Positions 53,729-64,000 of a stretch of DNA of 64,000 nucleotides are shown piece by piece. Position numbers and translations under genes: made by a program. The notes under the pieces are model-generated. The model did no database searches. It had not been told where the DNA came from and worked only from the letters and a program-made list of their open reading frames with translations. The stretch spans positions 47,306,001 through 47,370,000 of the forward strand of contig OX597830.1 of NCBI GenBank assembly GCA_951406725.2, written 5' to 3'. The stretch is from Octopus vulgaris (lineage: Eukaryota). Each line of letters opens with the position of its first letter. Within the stretch, counting starts at the first letter, position 1.

Positions 53729-54321
53729 CATCATCATCATTTAACGTCCATTTTTCATGCTGGCATGGGTTGGACGGTTTGACTGGGGCCTGGCAAACCA
53801 GTAGGCTGTGCCAGGCTCCAATCTGATCTGGCATGGTTTCAACAGCTGGATGCCTTTCCTAATGCCAACCAATCCGAAAGTGTAGCATGTGCGTTTTATG
53901 TGCCACTGGCACGAGAGCCAGTCAGGCAGCACTGGCATCAACCATGTTTGGATGCTGCTTTTTACCTGCCGCCGGCACAGGAGCCAGTCGGGGTTGGACA
54001 GGCTTTGACCACGGTTGGATAGTGCTTTTTATGTGCCACCAGCATGGGTGCCACTCAGGTGGCACTGGCATTGGCCACAACTACAATTTCTTTTTACATT
54101 TCTATCTTGATCTGCTTTTGATTTATATATATATATATATATACATGTCTGATGTGCAGGAGTGGTTGTGTGGTAAGTAGCTTGCTTACCAACCACATAG
54201 TTCTGGGTTCAGTCCCACTGTGCAACACCTTGGCCAAGTGTCATCTCAGGCTGACCAAAGCTTTGTGAGTGGATTTAGTAGACGGAAACTGAAAGAAACC
54301 CATCATATATATATATATATG

Positions 54322-54359
<38 letters not shown>

Positions 54360-54876
54360 TGCGTGTGTGTGTGTGTGTTTGTCCCCCGCAATATTGATGA
54401 CAACCGATGGTGATGTGTTTACGCCTCCGTAACTTAGCGGTTTGTCAAAAGAGTACTAGGCTTACAAAGAATAAGTCCTGGGGTTGATTTGCTCGACTAA
54501 AGGCGGTGCTCCAGCATGACCAAAGTCAAATAACTGAAAAGAACAAACGAGTATATACATATGTGTGTGTGATGGGTTCTCCTGTCAAAGACAACGTACA
54601 AGTGTTCGTCTTTTGCCGAACGAGCTGCACAAATGCTTTGTCTATGGTGATCTAACGTACGTGCTGGACCTTAGCCGACTCCTGCCATCAAATTGACGTT
54701 GCCTGAACAGAGGCACAGTGTGCCTTGCATCAGGTGTCGATGTGATCACAGGGCAGCACAAGATGAAGAGTTTTGCTCAAGTGTCCAATACACCACCCAG
54801 TCTAGGAATTGAAACCATGATTGGTGGATTGTGACTGCAACACCTTAACCACTAGGCCATGTGTTCGTGTGTGTGA

Positions 54877-54909
<33 letters not shown>

Positions 54910-56784
54910 ATATTTATATATATTATTCTTATACAAGAATATTGTTGATAGTGACTTTGAAGTTAAGTTATCATTGGACTCTACAAAAGTACAGAGTAAT
55001 CCATCACATTAATGTGAAATTGTTTTTCCTATCACTGAACATAAAACAAACATTTATATATAAGTATGTATGCATGTATGTATGTATGTACAGGTATATA
55101 TATGTGTGTGTGTGTGTGTGTGAGTGTCTGTCTCTCTCTCTCTCTCCATATATATATATATATATACATACAGAGAGAGAGAGAGAGAAAGGGAAGACGA
55201 AGAATAAATGTATATAAATACACATATATATATCTGTGTGCATGTGTACCTTTGCTTAATCTATTCAATGTGTTCAGTGGCCGTCTATAATGATATATTA
55301 TCTTTGTCTTTTTTCCTAATTGCACATATATACATTATATATATACACACACACACACACACATTTTTTAATTCTCAGCTCATGAAGTAAATAAATAGGG
55401 CATAACTTTTGCGCGCCCTCCCCTCCCTGTCTCATTGTACGAGCATATGTCAGTGCGTGCAGTGATGCATGTGTGTGTGTCTGTGTATACATACGTCAGC
55501 GCTTGTCTCTCCTTGACTTGACGTCACATGATTGCTGTCAATGAATGTTATTCACTTTCAACTTTCTGTTTAAAACATTGTTCAGCCATGATGGTGGGGG
55601 AGAGGAGTTTCAAATAATACCTTGCTTGGAAACATGTGAGGGTTGGTGACAGCAAAGGCATCCAGCCATAGAAAATTTACTTCAACAAATTCTGTTGTTG
55701 AGTATCTCTTGTTGTGAGATTTAAAAATAGCAATTTTCAAAAATTCTGTTTGACCCATGCAAGCACGGAAAAGTGAACCTTAAAATAATGATAATAATCA
55801 CATACACACATACGAGGAGGCGTTGGAAAGTTCCTGGCTTTGGGTAAAAGAAAATACAGGAGGATCAGTTAATCCGGATTTCATTCAACACATTCACACA
55901 CTTATTGCTGTGGTCCTTCCATTCTCCTAAGCTCTGTAAAAGGACTTGAAAGGTTGGGGGCCTCCAAACAAGCCTTTTGTGATAATCTTAAAGACAGGAA
56001 CTTTTTCAGTACCCCTTTGTTATACATTTCACATGCAGTGAATTTAACTTCATTTATACACACACACACAGCAAGTGAAATTCATTGTAGATACAAAGTC
56101 AGCATGACTTGCCCATTAATCCAGTTGAACAGACGACAATAGAACAAGATTGTAGAGAAGAAAAGCTTCAGTTCTTTAAAAACTTTCCCTCAAAAGCAGG
56201 AACATGCTGTCATTTTTTTATTAATAGATTTGAGGAAGCGCAATGGCCCAGTGGTTAGGGCAGCGGACTCGCGGTCATAGGATCGCAGTTTCGATTCCCA
56301 GACCGGGCATGGTGGTGATCCCTGCTGTACTCTTTCACCACAACTTTCTCTCACTCTTACTTCCTGTTTCTATTGTACCTGTATTTCAAAGGGCCGGCCT
56401 TGTCACTCTCTGTGTCACGCTGAATATCCCCAAGAACTACGTTAAGGGTACACGTGTCTGTGGAGTGCTCAGCCACTTACACGTTAATTTCTTGAGCAGG
56501 CTGTTCCGTTGATCGGATCAACCGAAACCCTCATCGTCGTAACCGACGGAGTGCTTCCAATCCAATAGATTTGAGATTTGAAGGACTTAGCTGAGCTTTG
56601 AGCTACACAAAAGCAGTTTCTTCATGTTATTGGCCCACCTCTAAGTGACTCGGTTTCTCAATTGCCCTTCACTAGGCCACGAAACCAATTCAGAGTTTGA
56701 TCAAAGAATGTAACATAATAAGTGCCTGTTTTGGTATGTTTTTGTAAAATAATGGAAATGGATGCAAAACAGATCAATGCTTAC

Positions 56785-56834
56785 CTAATATTCCCACTGA
56801 ATTCAAAATAATTGGAGAACCTTTCTGTGATAAT
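56785..56834 (-). CDS. PLCG: PLC-gamma exon, EF region: IITERFSNYFEFSGNI(R)
   Basis: ttcag/GTAAG, 50 nt, phase 0-2 bridges the flanking exons. Confidence 0.75.
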
Positions 56835-57054
56835 CTGAAAATACAATAAAAAAACATATATATATATAGATATAATAAAATAAAAATACAATAGTTTATC
56901 AAAAGCTACAGTGAAATAGTTTAATCTAGTTTCTGTCATTATCTTTAATATATACACTAATTATATACACTAATTGCCCAGATTACACTCCTTTTGCAAG
57001 ACAAGGTATGATGCACTAAAAGATGCTTGCAAAAAACATTTTCTCAATTAAGCA

Positions 57055-57215
57055 CAGGTATGGCTGTGTGGTTAAGAAGCTTGCTTCCTGACAACATGGT
57101 TCTGGGTTCAGTCCCACTGCATGGCACCTTGAGCAAGTGTCTTCTACTATAGCCTCAGGCTCACCAAAGCTTTGTGAATGGATTTGGTAGACAGAAACTG
57201 AAAGAAGCCTGTCAT
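57055..57215 (+). mobile_element. SINE (tggctgtgtggt..gggttcagtcccactg..gaaactgaaagaagcc family)
   Basis: Copies also at ~13955, 54157 (+) and 19720-19880, 6900-7055, 43760-43900 (-). Confidence 0.65.
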
Positions 57216-57774
57216 AAACTGAGATCATAGCTGTAACCTATGCCAGTGTCGCATAACCAGCCAACTCAAAAAGTACCCTTGGGTCGTGGGGCAACATGCC
57301 ATGATTGAGGAGACCTACTGAGTCAAGTACATCAACATCAAATGAAATCAAATCACAATAAAATGGAAATTGGAGTTGTGGTCCCCATGCTGGTGGCATG
57401 TAAAAAGCACAATCCGAACGTGGCCGATGCCAGCGCCCTCTGGCCTCTGTGCCAGTAGCATGTAAAAAGCACCCTCTACACTCTCGGAGTGGTTGGTATT
57501 AGGAAGGGCATCAAGCTGTAAAAACATTGCCAGATCAGACTGGTGCCTGGTATAGCCTCCTGGCTTTCCAGACACCAGTTGAACCATCTGAACCATGCCA
57601 GCATGGAAAATGGACATATGATGATGATGATAATTTATGCATGTCTCTTCTATTTTTTAATTATTATAAATCTTCCACTGAGGAAGGAACCGGTTTCCAA
57701 CAAAGATACAAGGCTTCATGTTTGGGATGTAGTTAACACAGACAAATCCACATTTGGAACCTGAGAAAAGTCTT

Positions 57775-58010
57775 GCAGTAGGAATGATAATGGATTCAGT
57801 GCCAAAATGAAAAGAAGTACAGAAAGACTATCTCCCTGGAATATTCCCTTTGTAATGCCTATACTATCAGAAACAAATATTCGGTTCTCGGTTGTAAGGG
57901 TAAGAATTGTTTTCCATGCCTTTCTGAGTCTCTCTGTAGCAGCAATTAAGGTAGTAGGTACTTTTACCAGATGTAGGCACTTCAACAGCCATGAATGAGG
58001 GATAGGGTTG
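57775..58010 (-). mobile_element. Non-LTR reverse transcriptase fragment (R4/Dong-like)
   Basis: IPHSWL...GIFQGDSLSVLLFILALNPLS RT motifs. Confidence 0.75.
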
Positions 58011-59214
58011 AATGTATGTATGTCTATGTTTGTTACCCCCCACCCACCCACCCACCATTGCTTGACAACCGGTGTTGGTGTGTTTGCATTGTTGTAACTT
58101 AGCAGTTTAGGAAAAGAGACCGATAGAACAAGTATCAGGCTTTAAAAAAAAAGTACTGAGTTCAATTCATTCAATTAAAATTCTTCAAGGTGGTGCCCCA
58201 GCATGGCCACAGTCTAATGACTGAAACAAGTAAAAGGTAACTGAAATTTCCCTCTTAAAGAAAAAAAGAAAAAAACTTTACAGCAATTCTCGAAGAAATG
58301 AATTTGAGATTCTTGTTAGCAGGCAAAGGGACCCACCCACCCACTCACTGATTATCCGTCATTGTCTATGGTTTACATTTTCTTCCCATGATCCAGGCCA
58401 CTTTGTATTTGTAGTTGCTGTCCTCCAAGATAGACAGGGAGACCATATCTTGCTTGTAGTTTCTACTTTTTGACCCAGTTACAACAGCTGGATGCTCTTC
58501 CTAACATCACCTACTTTACAGATTGTACAGAGTACACCTTAACTGTGGCACCAGCACTAGAGAGGCTGCCAAGTCATGAGAAAAAAAAATAAAGAGTTCC
58601 CTTCACCTTACATTGTCTCTGATTATCTGCCAACAACTTTACAGAGTGTATTGGGTGCATTTTATAGAAGTGCCAGCCCTGGTAGGATTGCTTTGTCCCT
58701 AACAAGACAAAAGAGCTTTCACCCAATACACTCTGTAAAGTTGCTGGCAGATAATCAGAGACAATGTAAGGTGAAGGGAACTCTTTATTTTTTTTTTTCT
58801 CATGACTTGGTAACCTCTCTAGTGCTGGTGCCACACATAAAAAATTCAGTAATGAACAAATTGGATTAATGGGCTTTCGCCCAAAGTCTACAGGAAATAA
58901 CATAAAAGGTGAAATTATAGATATCTGTGAATAATAAACATTTTAGAATTACATATGCAAAGACAGAAATTTATCCTTTGTCTGTTTAATGTTAAGCTCT
59001 TCTGAGCCTCAGCAACCCTCTGGCGGTATCTACCTCTACATAATAGAACCAGAGGCAGTAGTAGAATGGAAGATGCTGTAGACATCACTGAAACATGGGA
59101 TTTACTGATGAGAGGGGCCAGTCAAGGAGTAGGCTGGAATTTCAGCAGCAGCCAAAAGCTATAGAGATGTGACAGATGTAACAGATGTAGCAGATAAAAC
59201 AGAAGAAAACTTAC

Positions 59215-59295
59215 AGATGGCACATGAATTAAGTTACGGAACAGGGCTGCAAATTCTTCAAATCCTATAGAACCAGTACCACTTTTATCGACTTC
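59215..59295 (-). CDS. PLCG: PLC-gamma exon (first in window), EF-hand: EVDKSGTGSIGFEEFAALFRNLIHVPS
   Basis: ttcag acceptor, GTAAG donor, 81 nt phase 0-0; EF-hand loop DxSGxGxIxFEEF. Confidence 0.92.
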
Positions 59296-60529
59296 CTGAA
59301 ATAAAGGGAAAAGACAAACATTTAGAAACATAATTGGTTATGCACTAGAATCCATAGAATTGACTCTTTTCTCCCTTAGAACTTCAATGGCTATGTTCCT
59401 GTGTAGGGAACCATGACAATATTCACCAGAACATATCACAGACCATTTTGATTCCTTAGATTTCTAGTGAAAAGTAAAGAAATGATAATATGCGAGTGTT
59501 TCAACATTTTCTCTAACAAATTAACAATGTAAATAGCTCTTCCATGAATAAGTTGTCGGGGCATCACAGTGGCTTCATCTTCAAGTCCAGAAAGATGTGG
59601 ACCTGCTGGAACCCGTCACTCTCTTGACCAATGGCCAAATGAAATGGCTTAACAACGAATCAAATGTTTATCACAGGTTTCATTGCTGAAACTGATCTCC
59701 ACACCCCAGCAGGCAATAAAAGAGTTGCAATACATTTGCTCAGTCTGCTAAATATAATGAACTTACCCTAAAATTCATGAACCCCCATCTTAAATATGGA
59801 AAGGGCACATTAGATATTCTCATACTTTTTTAAAAAGATGAGTTAGAATACTCAAAGTGAGATGACCTGGGGCTAAACAACAACCCCTCACACATTTGTA
59901 CTTCGGCAGATTGCAGCTAGGAATTGAACTCAGGTCCTTTCGGGTTGCAGACTCAGTGGATGAGTATAAAACAGCAGTCTAGAATCTTGAATGCATGATC
60001 GCAATACAAAACCATCCCTTCACAAAAACGCACTTCACTTAAAACACTTAATGAGCTAATAAGAGAGACTCTACAGAGACACTGATCCTGCTAGAAATAG
60101 AAGCCAAATTTCTTTACAACATCCTTATAATTTAGAAAAAGAAAGAGAGATACACTAGATAGTCAAAGTTAAACTGCGTCTAAATAAAAGAGTGGATGGC
60201 CATAGTTGGAATGCTTCTCAACAAAGGTTTGCTTTATGAGGTTGACCAGGAGATAAATGACAACATGAACAACTTATTGAATCAGTCTTAATGTATTCAT
60301 TACCAGAATACACGACACAGAGCTGTTTGAGCTGTTTTGAGCACTTCAGATATGAAGAGCTGTTTGAACACTTCACATATCACGTTATTGAGATAAAAGA
60401 ACGAAAGTGAAGAAGTTGATGAGGAAGCTGCTGATCTTTTGAACAATTAAGATGTCACGAGTTGAAAGCTTGAAACTCTTATTACTTTGCCTCACTATGA
60501 AATAGATGGGTGGCAATATTAGAGAAAAG

Positions 60530-60980
60530 GGTGGCAAGCTGGCAGAAACGTTAGCACACCGGGTGAAATGCTTGGCAGTATTTCGTCTGTCTTTATGGTC
60601 TGAGTTCAAATTCTGCTGAGATTGACTTTGCCTTTCATTCTTTCGGGGTCGATAAATTAAGTACCAGTTGTGTACTTGGGTTGATCTAGTCGACTGGCCC
60701 TCTCCCCCAAAATTTCAGGCGTTGTGCCTGGAGTACAAAAGAATATTACTGAATTTTGCAAGGTAGCAAGCTGGTAGAATCATTAAGATGCCAGGCAGAC
60801 TGTTTAGAAGAATTTTGCCCATCTTTACATTCCGAGTTGAAATTCTGCTGAAGTTGACTTTGCTTTGCATCTTTTCGGGTTGATAAAATTAGTACCAGTC
60901 ACATACTGGGGTGGCTCTAATAAACTTACCCCTCCCCCAAAATTGCTGGCCTTGTGCCAAAGTTTGAAACCAATATGACA
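60530..60980 (+). mobile_element. Two tandem SINE copies (gagctggcagaa..gttagcac..gagttcaaattc family)
   Basis: Same family inverted at ~48420-48582, 18300-18505 and 9690-9800. Confidence 0.65.
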
Positions 60981-62268
60981 GAATTTCTCACCTTCCTACC
61001 CCTTCTATATTTTTTAATGTTTAAATAAGGAATAAAGGCTAGCATCATCCATAACCCTTTGCTCTTTTGGGGCCTCCAAGACTGATGAAAAGAAGGGATG
61101 AACATACTTCTAAACCAGAAATCCAAACGGAGTGCTTTCAACAGAGTGAGCTTCACTAAAACCACCCAAGGACCAGATGGAGGTATTTAGCCAAGCAAGG
61201 GATGATATATCACCCATCCAAGAACACAGAATACAAAATGGAACAAGTATTGCATGGAATCTCATCTAACCAATCCAACACCACAATAAGCTGTTACTTT
61301 ATCAATCATGAAAGGCAAAGTTGGCATCAACGGAATCTAAACTCAGAGAACAGATCTGTAACAAATATCCTAAGACATTTTGCTCTATGCTACTTCTATG
61401 ACTGCTAATTCACCTGCTTGTTTGATGGGTCTGCAAATTTTGAAAACTGCACTTGAATTATTGGATTTTTTTTCTTTCTTTGCTGAAACTAATTCCATAT
61501 TTCATCATCATTATCGTTTAACATTGGTTTTCCATGCTGGCATGGGTTGGACGGTTTGATTGGGGACTGGCAAGCCAGGAAGCTGCACCAGGCTCCAACC
61601 TGATCTGGCAAGGTTTTTACAGCTGGATGCCTTTCCTAATGACAACCACTCTGAGAGCATAGTGGGTGCTTTTTACTTGCCACTGGCAAAGGAGCCAGTC
61701 AGGTGGCACTGGCATCGGCCACATTTGGATGGCACTTATTATGTGCTACCAGCACAGGAGTCACTCAGGGCTAGCTGGCATCAACCACATTTGGATGGTG
61801 CTTTTACGTGCCACCACCAAATTTACTTTTTCGTATACAAGATGGATGACCTACAAAAAGGGTCATAAATGTAAACCTTTTACCTCTGACTAATCCAAAA
61901 GCAAAAACCTTAAAATTCCAAGGGTGTTTGAACTGAGACTGTGTGATGTCCATGCACTTCTCAAGTAAAACCAAACCACCCCAGTCATCACTCAGTACCA
62001 TACTTTTGGTAATTATACTGAGATGTCTATGGAATCAAGAGCAGACATTGACACCTTGTTGGCTTCCTACTCTTGATCCAGTGGAGCATCATAGATATGA
62101 CAGCTGAAGGCAGAAAGGGCTACACCACCGTGAGGGTGGTATTCATTTACAACTGACTACACAAGAATGTGAAATTAAGTGTCTTACTCAAGGACACAAC
62201 ATGCTGCCTGATCTAGGAACTGAACCTGTGGCTTTATGATCACAAACCGAACACCTTAACCACTAGAC

Positions 62269-62757
62269 CAGTGGTTTTCAACTTGGGGTCCGTGGACCTC
62301 TGGTGGTCCAGAAAAGTAGTACTGGGGGTCTGTGAACTAAATTCAAAATTTCATATACATATATAAGAGATAATGGTGTCATTGAGACCCAAAGGTGTCA
62401 AGAAATGCTGAATAAGTGCTATTGACAGACCATAGTTAAGTTCTAGATTCGGTAATATTGTGAATAAAGGGTTCAACGTTGGTTCTATGTCAGCGTGTGT
62501 ATATAAAAATTTTTTTGCGTAATAAGATAAAAAACCAAAGGCTGTATAGATATTAGAGCATTTATAGATAGAAGGTCTTACAGCTGTTTCTAGGATATTA
62601 ATTAATAATATCCCTTCATCGAAGACGGTGTGAGAGGAAAAATTAAGTGATAGTTAGTTTCGATGTGATACACAATAGAGAGTGAGGCGGGGGAAAGAAA
62701 ATAGATGGGAAATCTCATTTAAATAAAAGGGTTGGGGACCATTGTTGGAAACCACTG
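62269..62757. mobile_element. hAT-like MITE
   Basis: TIRs CAGTGGTTTTCAAC / GTTGGAAACCACTG; similar decayed MITE ends near 31560-31830, 35442-35985 and 44832-45050. Confidence 0.6.
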
Positions 62758-63120
62758 CGTTAGGGCATGCCTCTTCACAAGTTCATATCAACAAAAAATA
62801 CTTGAAATGGCAACAATCAAGAATCAGAAGTGGGTCATAAACCTGGTTGTGGCACTGATAAGATCTTTCTAACAAAATACATTGAATTACCCAACCATGA
62901 AATATTAAAGTACATAAGTAACAAAAAAGAAAAAAGAATTTGGAAAGTGCAATACAAATAATTAGAGAAGTTTCTCTTTTTAACCAGAGAGTTGTCATTG
63001 TGTTGTTGCTTGAAATTTCTATTTTGACAGACACAATCGTCCCAGATATTTCCAATTAGAAAACCACATTATTTGGTTGGAGTAATGGTTAGAGTGCAAT
63101 GGTGAGTTATCTTGATTGTA

Positions 63121-63850
63121 TAAGTTAGACACCAGCAAGTCTGATGGGATAAGTTAGACCACCAGCAAGTCTGACGGGATAAGTTAGACACCAGCAAGTC
63201 TGACAGGATAAGTTAGACACCAGCAAGTCTGACAGGATAAGTTAGACACCAGCAAGTCTGACAGGATAAGTTAGACACCAGCAAGTCTGACGAGATAAGT
63301 TAGACACCAGCAAGTCTGACGGGTTAAGTTAGACCACCAGCAAGTCTGACAGGACAAGTTAGACCACCAGCAAGTCTGACAGGATAAGTTAGACCACCAG
63401 CAAGTCTGACAGGATAAGTTAGACACCAGCAAGTCTGACGGGATAAGTTAGACACCAGCAAGTCTGACGGGATAAGTTAGACACTAGCAAGTCTGACGGG
63501 ATAAGTTAGACCACCAGCAAGTCTGACGGGATAAATTAGACACCAGCAAGTCTGACGGGTTAAGTTAGACCACCAGCAAGTCTGACGAGATAAGTTAGAC
63601 ACCAGCAAGTCTGACGGGATAAGTTAGACCACCAGCAAGTCTGATGGGATAAGTTAGACCACCAGCAAGTCTGACAGGACAAGTTAGACCACCAGCAAGT
63701 CTGACAGGACAAGTTAGACCACCAGCAAGTCTGACAGGATAAGTTAGACCACCAGCAAGTCTGACGAGATAAGTTAGACCACCAGCAAGTCTGACGGGAT
63801 AAGTTAGACACCAGCAACTCTGGATGGGATAAATTAGACACCAGCAACTG
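63121..63850. repeat. Minisatellite, ~25 copies of 29/30-bp unit TAAGTTAGAC(C)ACCAGCAAGTCTGACGGGA
   Basis: Head-to-tail repeats with no spacers. Confidence 0.95.
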
Positions 63851-64000
63851 TAATAGTCTTGTTGGTGGTGGTGGTGGTGGTGATGCCTCAATAGATTCCG
63901 TCTGACCGATGGAATTTATGTGATGACCCACTGGAAAAACAGATGATGATGATGATGAAAAAGGGGAGAGGATCAAAGCTGAAATACTTTTCATCAAAGG

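Noticed and set aside
56234-56306. tRNA gene (also ~7321, 11178, 25760, 59900)
   Set aside because: A/B boxes are followed by SINE bodies, and I could not form a complete cloverleaf.
62783-63055. WLKRE motif resembling the PLC-gamma post-PH helix
   Set aside because: No further similarity or usable splice sites; the upstream exons are probably outside the window.
63121-63850. CRISPR-like array or repeat protein (SNLSRQTCWW)n
   Set aside because: No unique spacers, no cas genes, eukaryotic intron; the 29/30-nt units break the reading frame.

Overview
AT-rich, repeat-dense eukaryotic genomic DNA. The SINE, RTE and microsatellite content resembles an octopod cephalopod, which is an inference and not verified. 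The window is occupied by one minus-strand gene, phospholipase C-gamma. I traced 28 phase-consistent coding exons by hand (59295 down to 199, about 991 aa): EF-hands, X box, split PH, nSH2, cSH2, Tyr linker, SH3, Y box and C2. The N-terminal PH exons lie beyond the window. Main finding: the exon encoding the activating phosphotyrosine linker (human Y783 region) is present as two paralogous 63-nt phase-0 exons (24285-24347 and 21510-21572). They are probably mutually exclusive, and a ~550-bp palindromic mariner MITE sits just upstream of the second. The gene also has a U12-type AT-AC intron in the Y box, many intronic fold-backs (potential dsRNA/ADAR substrates), minimal hammerhead-like motifs, Helitron/mariner/hAT/LINE/SINE remnants and a 29/30-bp minisatellite. 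Repeat boundaries are approximate.
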